Shown one piece after another: positions 1 to 9,700 of a stretch of DNA of 64,000 nucleotides. A model generated the notes under the pieces. The model searched no databases. It worked only from the letters and a program-made list of their open reading frames with translations, and was not told the origin of the DNA. Made by a program: the position numbers and the translations under genes. The DNA is from a virus (Duplodnaviria > Caudoviricetes): IMG/VR virus record IMGVR_UViG_3300025168_000080, positions 615 through 64,614 of that record. One strand, given 5' to 3'. Each line of letters starts with the position of its first letter. Position 1 is the stretch's first letter.

Positions 1-356
1 AAAAAGATATTAGTACGATGCCACCATTAATTGTTTCAGGAGCATTACGTAGCTACCCTCGACAATCTAAATACGAAGAGAATAGAATTAAACGTTTAGA
101 AACAAGGAAGGATGAAATTTCTAATGCAGTTACTACACATCCATTAGATAGTGTGGTAGTAGCAGAAAACGTTAGAAGATTAACGCCTATTGAATGTGAA
201 AGACTCCAGGGCTTTCCAGACAATTGGACTTCTATGGGTGATTATGATGGAGAAATAAAACCGATTAGTAATACGCAACGATACAAAATGTGTGGTAATG
301 CTGTTACAGTAAATATTGTTAGTGAAGTAGTTAAAAATTGTAAAGCTATTTTATGA
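1..356 (+). CDS. C5-cytosine DNA methyltransferase, C-terminal part (5'-partial)
   Basis: Motifs IX/X: RRLTPIECERLQGFPD and YKMCGNAVTV; the frame is open to the window edge (KDIST before the ORF-track Met at 18). Confidence 0.9.
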   Translation, partial: KDISTMPPLIVSGALRSYPRQSKYEENRIKRLETRKDEISNAVTTHPLDSVVVAENVRRLTPIECERLQGFPDNWTSMGDYDGEIKPISNTQRYKMCGNAVTVNIVSEVVKNCKAIL

Positions 357-1582
357 TTTTAAGAGACTATCAAAAGGATATTGTAAATAAAGGTTTACCT
401 ATACTCAATAAGAATAAATTTTTATATCTTGCCATGGAGGTTCGAACTGGCAAGACAGCTACGAGTTTGAGTATGGTGAGTTCTCTGCCAGTCACGGACT
501 GTCTTTTTCTTACAAAGAAGAAAGCTATTTCCAGTATTCAGGATGATTATGATAAATTAAATCTTTCATATAATTTAACTGTAATAAATTATGAAAGTAT
601 TCATAAGTTGCCAAAAAATAAATGGCAATGTATTATCCTGGACGAAGCACACGGATTAGGGGCATTCCCAAAAGCCAGTAAAAGAGCTAAACAAGTTAAA
701 ACTTTAATTGTAAGTAATAAATCTTACGTAATACTTCTGTCTGGCACACCAACTCCAGAGTCTTACAGCCAAATGTATCATCAAGTTTATGGTATACCCT
801 CTAATCCTTACTGTCAATATAAAAACTTCTATAGGTTTTCAGATCATTACGTAAATGTTAGAATTCGTCCGATAGGGGGTATTCAAATACGTGATTATAG
901 TAGAGGATCTGAAGATATAATTTATAAAATGAAACCTTATACTATTTCTTACACACAGAAAGAAGCAGGGTTTAAAGTTGAAACTAATGAAGAAACTTTA
1001 TACGTAGATACACCATCCAAAATTAAATCTATTATAAAAAAACTAACTACAGATTTAGTAGTTCAGGGTAAAGAAGAAGTGATATTAGCAGATACCGCAG
1101 TAAAACTTATGTCTAAAACTCATCAACTTTATTCTGGAACAGTAAAATTTGAAAGTGGCAAGTCTATGGTAATTGATACCTTTAAGGCAGAGTATATAAA
1201 AAACAAATTTAAAGGAAAAAAAATAGCAATTTTTTATAAGTTTACCGCTGAGTGGGAGGCATTAAAATTAATATTTAAAGATACTATGTGTAACACTTTA
1301 GAGGAATTTAATAACACAGATAAAAACATAGCCCTTCAAATTGTTAGTGGACGTGAAGGTATTAGTTTACGTAAAGCTGAGGCTTTAGTATATTATAACA
1401 TTGATTTTAGTGCCACAAGTTACTGGCAATCAAGAGATAGAATGACAACAAAAGATAGATTATATAATAAAGTCTATTGGATATTTTCTAAGAATGGAAT
1501 TGAGGATAGTATATATAAATCTGTAGTAAAAAAGAAAGATTATACATTAAGACACTTCAAAAGAGATTTATCAAATTTGTAA
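353..1582 (+). CDS. Superfamily 2 (SNF2-like/DEAH) helicase
   Basis: LRDYQ Q-motif, Walker A-like RTGKT, DEAH, LLSGTP (motif III), GREGISL (V), QSRDR (VI). Confidence 0.88.
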   Translation: MILRDYQKDIVNKGLPILNKNKFLYLAMEVRTGKTATSLSMVSSLPVTDCLFLTKKKAISSIQDDYDKLNLSYNLTVINYESIHKLPKNKWQCIILDEAHGLGAFPKASKRAKQVKTLIVSNKSYVILLSGTPTPESYSQMYHQVYGIPSNPYCQYKNFYRFSDHYVNVRIRPIGGIQIRDYSRGSEDIIYKMKPYTISYTQKEAGFKVETNEETLYVDTPSKIKSIIKKLTTDLVVQGKEEVILADTAVKLMSKTHQLYSGTVKFESGKSMVIDTFKAEYIKNKFKGKKIAIFYKFTAEWEALKLIFKDTMCNTLEEFNNTDKNIALQIVSGREGISLRKAEALVYYNIDFSATSYWQSRDRMTTKDRLYNKVYWIFSKNGIEDSIYKSVVKKKDYTLRHFKRDLSNL

Positions 1583-1583
1583 T

Positions 1584-1805
1584 ATGAAGTTTATAAAATT
1601 TTTATTAATTTGGATTAGCCAGAATTTAGCCATACCTTTTTGGGTAGTTGGTCATATTCATCTGTCATTTCACAACTTTCATGATGTGGTTGAAATATTG
1701 TCATCAATAGGAATGAATTTAATAGTGGCAATAGGATTTATATTAGATTACAGAAATGACAGAACAACAGATTCAAGCGAAAAGAATAAAACAACTGGAA
1801 AGTGA
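1584..1805 (+). CDS. Small membrane protein, hypothetical
   Basis: 73 aa with two hydrophobic segments; starts 1 nt after the helicase stop. Confidence 0.6.
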   Translation: MKFIKFLLIWISQNLAIPFWVVGHIHLSFHNFHDVVEILSSIGMNLIVAIGFILDYRNDRTTDSSEKNKTTGK

Positions 1806-1995
1806 AGGTTATTACGTTATTAAATTAGTTAAGACTAATAAAAATGGCATACCTGATTTAATAGCTATTCCACCAAACTGTAAAGTTTTATTTTCAGAAA
1901 TTAAAAAACCTAATGGTATAGTTTCTGAACTTCAAAAATATAGAATAAAAGAATTAAAAAGTTATGGGTTCAAGACAGAAATATATAAAGGATAG
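1756..1995 (+). CDS. VRR-NUC / Holliday-junction-resolvase-like PD-(D/E)xK nuclease
   Basis: MTEQQIQ...GIPDL...FSEIK...SELQKY, the typical stand-alone phage VRR-NUC pattern. Confidence 0.85.
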   Translation: MTEQQIQAKRIKQLESEGYYVIKLVKTNKNGIPDLIAIPPNCKVLFSEIKKPNGIVSELQKYRIKELKSYGFKTEIYKG

Positions 1996-2356
1996 TGGAT
2001 ATGAAATGGAAGATGATTTTACTGATGCACTTCATAAAATGCCTCCTTTATTAGCTTTTAAAATTGGAAAATATATAGAAAACAATTTAATCAATCCACC
2101 TATTAATAGTTTAGTTGCTTATGTAATAGCTGGAGTAGTTAAATATGAAGGTGAACCGTATTATTTTGTTGTAGAAATAATAAAAGATGGTAATTTTCTA
2201 CCTGTACTATCTAATTTACTTACTATTAGTTCTGACGAATATTTAGATTTTATTAACCTAAATCAATACATTAAACCAAATGGAAGAGATACAAAAATTA
2301 AGAGAAATAACCGCGAAGCACTTCTCAATACCAGACATACAAAATCCAACACGTAA
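1964..2356 (+). CDS. Hypothetical protein
   Basis: 130-aa ORF in an operon with overlapping neighbours; the true start may be an internal Met. Confidence 0.55.
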   Translation: MGSRQKYIKDSGYEMEDDFTDALHKMPPLLAFKIGKYIENNLINPPINSLVAYVIAGVVKYEGEPYYFVVEIIKDGNFLPVLSNLLTISSDEYLDFINLNQYIKPNGRDTKIKRNNREALLNTRHTKSNT

Positions 2357-2927
2357 GATAAAGTATGTAGAAGCCAGAGCTTTAATGTATACCTTAATAC
2401 GAAAATATTTAGGTTATACTTATTGGAAAATAGCTGATATGTTTAATCTGACACACGCAAGTATTCGACATGGTGTAGAAGAATTCCCTCATATGGTTGC
2501 TTATAATAAAGAATTAAAGGTAAAATATGATGATATACTCCATGAGTGGGTGGGTGGTGAACCTCAAGATTCTAATAATGAGCTAAATTTATTACAAAAA
2601 AAGCTCAAAGATTTGGAAAATGAAAACAAATTGCTTAATTTGAGCTTTAAGGACTTAAAAAAAAGTGTAGAAAATATGGTTTCGGTTAAAGATGATTTAA
2701 ATTATAACATTGACGATGTCACTAAAATATTTAATCATTCCTCCTGGACTGATAAAAAAAAGATTGACACCTTGTTGCAAATTGATTGTAATCAATATTG
2801 TAATTTAGGTAGTACTTCAACTGACGATGAAAGAAATGAAGTAAAAAGAAATTCTAAAATTATATATAGAACAATCCGACAGATAAATAGTTCAATTGGG
2901 AAGTTGTTACTAACATCAATGGATTAA
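2280..2927 (+). CDS. DnaA C-terminal (domain IV)-like HTH protein with coiled coil and additional C-terminal domain
   Basis: TRKIKYVEARALMYTLIRKYLGYTYWKIADMFNLTHASIRHG resembles the DnaA domain IV pattern R..IV.ARQIAMYL.R......L..IG..F..DH.TV.H. Confidence 0.7.
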   Translation: MEEIQKLREITAKHFSIPDIQNPTRKIKYVEARALMYTLIRKYLGYTYWKIADMFNLTHASIRHGVEEFPHMVAYNKELKVKYDDILHEWVGGEPQDSNNELNLLQKKLKDLENENKLLNLSFKDLKKSVENMVSVKDDLNYNIDDVTKIFNHSSWTDKKKIDTLLQIDCNQYCNLGSTSTDDERNEVKRNSKIIYRTIRQINSSIGKLLLTSMD

Positions 2928-2930
2928 TTA

Positions 2931-3122
2931 ATGGCTCAAATTTCGAAAGATGATTACCAAGCTATTGGTCATATTAACTATGTAACCAATCATCTTCACG
3001 ACTCAGTAGATGAGCTTTACGAAGACTTAATGGATCGTGACAACGATAGTGCTAAAGAAAAAGCACAACTAATATGTAAACTTTGTGCAGAGATTATACA
3101 ATCTCTGACGCATGAAATATAA
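2931..3122 (+). CDS. Hypothetical protein
   Basis: 63-aa ORF tightly packed in the operon. Confidence 0.6.
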   Translation: MAQISKDDYQAIGHINYVTNHLHDSVDELYEDLMDRDNDSAKEKAQLICKLCAEIIQSLTHEI

Positions 3123-3127
3123 ATGAA

Positions 3128-3448
3128 ATGAATAAATCAATTGCCGTAGAATTACAAGAATTTACAGAAACTATTGCTGAAAGATATTCTAAAACAAATA
3201 GGGTTGGAAATGTAAATAACGAAACGTTTTCAGTAGAAGAAATTATTCCCACTTCTGATCACACTGCTTGTGTTAATTTTGTAAAGACAGGAGGAAAAGT
3301 TGCCGTAGCTTTTTTTTATTACATAAATAAAGGAAGATCACAAGGATGGAAATATTTTTTTCCTACAGACTCTCATTTAAATGGCTTTCATGCTTTTTTA
3401 TATTATAAATTAGAAGCTGAAAGAAGAAATTATACTAAAAACTTTTAA
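3128..3448 (+). CDS. Hypothetical protein (last gene of the + strand arm)
   Basis: 106-aa ORF whose stop overlaps the stop of the convergent gene. Confidence 0.7.
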   Translation: MNKSIAVELQEFTETIAERYSKTNRVGNVNNETFSVEEIIPTSDHTACVNFVKTGGKVAVAFFYYINKGRSQGWKYFFPTDSHLNGFHAFLYYKLEAERRNYTKNF

Positions 3449-3714
3449 TAAAGTTGTATCATAAACTCTTTACTTATTTTTAATTCAGAACATTTTTCAT
3501 AATCTTCGTGTTCTGCAAAAAAATCCATTAATATATCATAAGCATCATCTTCTAAGGGCACAACAGCTTTTGTTGGATTAAATATAAAGCCTGCACCCTC
3601 TTCTCTGTTTAGTATTGATTCATATGTTTCACGACCTGTTAATATCAAGTAGCTATTATACATACAAGTATATTCATCAAAGTCATCCATACTAAACCCT
3701 TCTAACCTCATCAA
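3445..3714 (-). CDS. Hypothetical acidic protein (UVR-like C-terminal motif)
   Basis: 89 aa; FAEHEDYEKCSELK resembles the E.YE.A..L UVR-type motif; start overlaps the stop of the giant gene. Confidence 0.65.
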   Translation of the reverse strand: MMRLEGFSMDDFDEYTCMYNSYLILTGRETYESILNREEGAGFIFNPTKAVVPLEDDAYDILMDFFAEHEDYEKCSELKISKEFMIQLY

Positions 3715-6700
3715 TTAAATCTATCTTGTAACATTTGTTCTCTACGCTCTTTTTGTTGACGTTTTAACTCTTCTAATCTTTGATAAGATGGATTAGATTC
3801 TCTACGTTCTTTAAGTTTACGCTCTCTTTCCATTTGCTTTTTATAGATTTCTGGTCTGTATTTTTTTAACTCAGATCTGGTCAAAGGTTTAACTTTAGGT
3901 GGTCCTTTACGCTCTGTTTCACGGTCTTCATTACTTTTTATTGCAAAATCAGAAAACTGTAGTATACGTAAAATCATTTCTTCTGGACTTGCGCCTCCAG
4001 CACCTAACTCTATTAGATTATTTACAAGTCTATCAACTTGAATTGCAGGTAAACCACCTAATCCAAGCATTGTATACAAAGCTTTTTTGTATTGTGCTTG
4101 AGCACCTGCTATTGATTTATCAATACTTGCTTGACTACGTAGTTTACCATTTTTATCAACTGGAGTTACGTTATATTGTCTTGCTTTAGCAAGTTGATCC
4201 AGTGCTTTTGCACTTTGCTCTAATATTGGAAGCGATGAAACTGCTCCAGCCCAAGGTTTTCCAGTAATTAAATCTGCTGTTCCATCTAATAATGAGCCTA
4301 TTATAAATATAGCATTTAAGTTACCTAACACCCCAGCTCTTAGTAAATCATCTTTATCATCGTCATCCATTGTAGATAATAAACCAGGTAGCCCCGAAGC
4401 CACATATTGGAATATTACTGGAAGCATAGTATGATATACTGCAAGTGTTCTTAGGTTTTGATATACGGTTCCTTTACCTTCAGTTCCACCAGACAGAACC
4501 TTACGTTTTAAGTTTACCAATGCCACAAATTCCTTTCGCATATACTGTTTAATAGATGTTTGAAACATATTTAATGCTCTTTGAAAAGTACCACCTGTTT
4601 GAAATCTATCTTTATCTTGTAAATCACTTGACTGTTGTGCTCTTTTAGTATCTCTTTCAAATCTTTTTATAGCATAGTCAATAGCTTGTTTTTCAGTAGC
4701 TTTAGGGTTCGCTTTTTTAAAGTTATTTTTATAAATAATATAATTTGGGACACCACCAATAATAATAGCACCTTTATCACCTTGTTTAACTAAATACATC
4801 ATAACACTAACAAGAGTGTTTAATTTTGACGATGGGACAAGACTTTCTACTTTGCTCGGAGCGTAAGTTTCTATCGTGTTTAAAATTCTTTCTCCATATC
4901 TATCTTGTATATATACAGAATTAGATTGAATTTCTTTCCATGTGCTAATTAATTTTGGTGCATTCATAGTTGCTGTTGCAGTCCATTTTCTAAATCCTAT
5001 TTCTGGTGAAGCTGCATACGCGGGAAATGAAGTTAACTGCTTAATAAATATAGTTGGATTAATTGCTAACTTACCAATAACAAAAGCACTTGTCATACCA
5101 TTTATCCAGTCTAATCCAGTTTCACTTTTGACACCACGGTTTGCAATTTTATCAATCATATCATTTACGTTAGTCATACCACCCTCACCATATGCGTCCG
5201 TTATTGCTCGTCTTACTGAAACATTGTTAAACATTTTGCTTAAATCATTAATAGGTTCAGACATCGCTGCAAACCAGTTCATGTCATTAACATAAGTTAA
5301 TAGTGCATTCATCTGATCAACATCTGCTATAGATTTTGCGTTTTCCATTCTAATTTTTGTTGATGCAGGTGCAGCCATAGTTTTGTAGGAATTTTTATCT
5401 GCTAACAAATCTATAGCATCAGATTGTTCTAAACCATCTCGATAAATTCTACCTGCATAATATTGATTCCAAGGCATTGATGTTCTGTACACTTTTTTGT
5501 AAGCTTCATTATAGGTTTCGTACATAGCTGGAAAAAACTCTTCTACTTGCCAACGACCTAATTCTCGTACCTCATCGTTAAGTTTAGATTCCATCTCTTT
5601 CATAATTCTTTTGTACTGTTTCTCACCATACTTTGTTTTAAAAGAATTTTCATTAGCTGGATCTTTAAACTGATTTACTAAGTAAGACATTTGATTTTGG
5701 CTTAATACTAAAGGAGTTGTACCATCCATACCTTCAAAAACAATACCTGTATCATACGCCTTACTATCTTTTTGCGCTTTACTTTGCCATTTTTTACCGT
5801 AAACTTCTTGTAATTTTAAATTAATCATTATAGTAGTTTCCATCTTACGTCTCTTGTAATCTAAAGTACCCTCATCAATTTTAAATGTTGATATTTCTTG
5901 TAGTTTACCACCAAACAATTCCCCTGGTATTCTGGATAATGTGGATACTAAAGATGCTAAATCTAAGTTACCCATAAGAAAATCCTTTACACTTCTGTTA
6001 GCATTAGTAAATATTTTAGGTACTCGTTTTTTTAACCCTGCTCGTTTTGCGGCAGAAACAACTGCTTTCTCAGCAAGTATATCTTTTGCTTTTGGGTTTC
6101 TAATTTTACGTGGATTAGATTTTGACTCAGGAAGCAATTCATCAAACTCTGGGTTCTCTATATAAAGATTTAGTTTTTTACCAGTAATTTCAAAATACGC
6201 AGTTTCAGCATCTTCTACATATTGCATATGTTTAATATATCGTTGCTGTTCTAATGCAGATTTACCAGTTTCAACTAATGCATTTAAATCTTCTATCACT
6301 GAAGCTAACTCAATTGTTTTATCTACTTCATAATCCATCATTAACTGTGCATTTATGAAGTTTAATACTATCTGTAAATTTGCTGCATCGACTCTTTGCT
6401 CGTCTGTTTGAAATGACTCTTTTTCTATTTCAGATATTTCATTACCTAACTTTTGTTGAAGTGTAGTGATTATAGATCCGTCTGTTTTAGAGTTTATACC
6501 ACCTATAAGATTTTTTATGTTTTCTAATCTTTTTGCTATTTCATCAGAAACTTTATATGCAATTTTTCTACCACCAGATATGTCAACATACTTACCGTTT
6601 AAAATTGTGTTTATTTTCTTTGTAAGATTTTCGTTTGTTTTTTTATTTACAAACTCTAAAACCTCCTCTTTTATATTCTCAATGTTTTTACTATCAGCAT

Positions 6701-9700
6701 CAGTAACTTTTTTAATAAGATTATTAACGTCTGTTATACTAAATACATCTGGTTCTAAAGCCATACGAATATAGTTTCGTAAATCTTTTTTTAATTTTTG
6801 TAATCCTTTTATACCTCTTTCACGTTCTCTAAGTATTTGTCTGGCTAATCTAATTCGACCAGCCGCATCACCACGCATAGGTCTACCATTAAAAGCATTC
6901 ATCATTTGTGAAAGCATTTGAGCTTGTTGATTAGTAAACTTGCCTTTATCAGATTCGTTTTTATATTCTTGAGTAGATTCTAAAAAATCTAAAGTCTTGT
7001 TATCTATTTCAGATTGTGTCAGTTTATATAAACCCTTACCTTTTGCTTTAGCTTCATCTTGTAGTTTTTTTAATTTAGCTTTTGCTTTAGCTATTTGTTT
7101 ATTAGTTTCATTAAATTTTAATTCTCCTTCAAGTTGGTCTATTTCATTTTGTGCTTTAATAATTTTTTTACCTATAGGAGTTATATTATTGTCCAATAGT
7201 TTTTTTCTAAAGTTATATACTTTATTAAATAAAGTTATGCCTTTAGCCATACCACCTTCTATATTTCCAAAAGCAGATGGCACATTTTGTAAAACAAAAT
7301 TCTGTACCTCAAGTATTGGTTTTATTTCAGAAACTTTTTTCCCTGCTTTACGCAAGTAAGTTATTATGGTGTTGTCTGTAAAATTATTTTCACGAGCAAT
7401 ACGTACTACATCTACAATATTTTGGTTTTCGTCACCAATCTGTTGCATTGACTTTTTAGGACCTCTTACACGTGGGTTATATAACCTTGGCTTACCATTT
7501 CTTCCTATACCATCAGAAAGAAAATACCCAGTTAATTCACCTCTTCTAAAGCCTTCTCTAATTCTACCTTCAACAACTGTTAAACCTAAATTTCTGGCTG
7601 CAGTTCTAAGAGGCCCAATATTAATATTTACATCAAAAAATCCTTTAGAAGACATATTATATAAATCTCCTAATTTGTTAGCAGATTCACGAGTTTTCTT
7701 AGCAATCTTAGGAGCTCCTTCTGTTTCTACATTTCCTGGAACTGGTGCCGTATATTGCCCACCCATTGCTGAACGTGCAGCTTGTGGTTTAGCTCTTTGT
7801 CCTATTGGTGTTTGATTGGCTGTTTTAGATTTTGGTTTTGATTTTGGGAAAACTTTTCTAATATCTGGTGCTTCATTAAATACCATTATAGGTTTACCTT
7901 CTAATACAAATGGATATGATGGATGAAAGTTTGGTTCACCCTCTCTCACTTCTCTTATTTTTGCACCTTTTTCAAATTGTATTGCAGATACTATATCTCC
8001 ATAACCAACTTCAGTAAGTGATGGATCGTTTACATAATCCAACACACCTACATCGCTCTTAGCTGTTTTATTAAGTGGTGGAATACCAAATTTTTGTAAG
8101 GACTCTGCACTAAAAAACTGTTTTACAAAACTACCTCTTTCAACATAACTAAAACTATTATTACCCTCAAACGGCATTAATGTATTTAGTTCTTCTAAAC
8201 TTGTTATTTGTGTTGGTAGCCCAAGCTTTTTTAATTTTGATGCCTGTTCACCTACTTTTAGTTTAGAGTTAACATACGTTAATAATTCTTGCGGACTTGC
8301 TCCTTTATTTATTGCGTGTGCAATTTCAGCATTTAAATATTCAAACATTCTATAACTGCCAGCAATACCATCATTTTCTTGAGACATCACTAATCCAATT
8401 CCATCACTGTTATCTATTCGTTGTTTTAATTGATTCGCACTTTTCTCATTTGTTGCTGCCCAACCAATTCCTGTTCCATAAGGATATAAATAACCCCCAA
8501 AGAAGTCAAACTTTAATCCTGTAGGACTTTCTATTTCACCATAAGTTGCTTTATCTCCAGCAAATACAAATGCATTGGCTCCAGACAAGTCGTTTATTGA
8601 ACCACGTTTTATTTTATCTATATCTATACCACCTCTATTGATTTGATACTTAGATTTTTTAGTTTTTAAATTTATTTTAGGTGCACCCTCTAAATCAATA
8701 TTGTTTGGTATAACTCCTCCGTCATCTATTACAGTACCTTGTTCTAAATTTGTTAACCCTTCAATATCTTTGTCGGTAATAGTTTCACCAGTGGCTATTT
8801 TACCTGCTAATCTGTTCAATAAGTCTATTACATCTTGTGATGATTGTCCTATTTCTATACCAAACTTTGTAGCTATACGTTCAAGAAACCTTCTAATAAC
8901 TCCTTTATCTTTAGCGTTTAAGTTTTTATACTCGCCTGCTATTCTACCAAATATCTCAGCTAATTTTTCTTCATTCTTTTGATTTGATTCGTAAGATGAT
9001 GCAAAGTTTTCTAAATCAGTTTTTAACTTTTTACTTAATGAACCAGAACGTGATAGTGCTTGAATCATTTTTTTAGTTAAACCATTAATTGCTTTATCTC
9101 CAGCTTTTATAGAATTATACAGTATACCATGAAATATTTCATGCGCTACAAGTCTTTTAGTTGAGTCTTGTAAATTTATATGAATAGTATTATCATTAGC
9201 ATTAAAAGTTCCTCTATCTATTGTACCTTCTGGTACTTGATAACCTAAATACTGTTCGTAAGATGCACGTGTGTTGTGCACTATAATATTTAATTTTGGA
9301 AATCGTTTAGCTATAGATTTAGCAGCTCTTTTTGCTTGACGTAATACCAATTTTTGTAAAATAGTTTTAGGTGCACCGTCATCTGTAGTCACAAATAAAT
9401 TAGACTCAATTTGTGTTCCTTCTAAATCAGTATTTTCATTAGTAGTATTTTCAACTAATACTTTTTTCTTTCCTTTTTTACCCTTAGTAATAGCCTCATT
9501 TATTTCAGTGTCTTCAGCCGCTTCTGGATCGAGCAAGGTTTCTAAATCGCTTACCTCTTGATCTATTTCCTCTTGGGTCTGTACCCTGTTTTCATTACTG
9601 TTTTCGCTTGTGGAGTCACCCTCTCTGGAAGGTTCTGGTTGGGATACATTGTCTCCCACTTCTTCGCTAACTGTGGTAGATTCTTCCTCAACCACCGTTT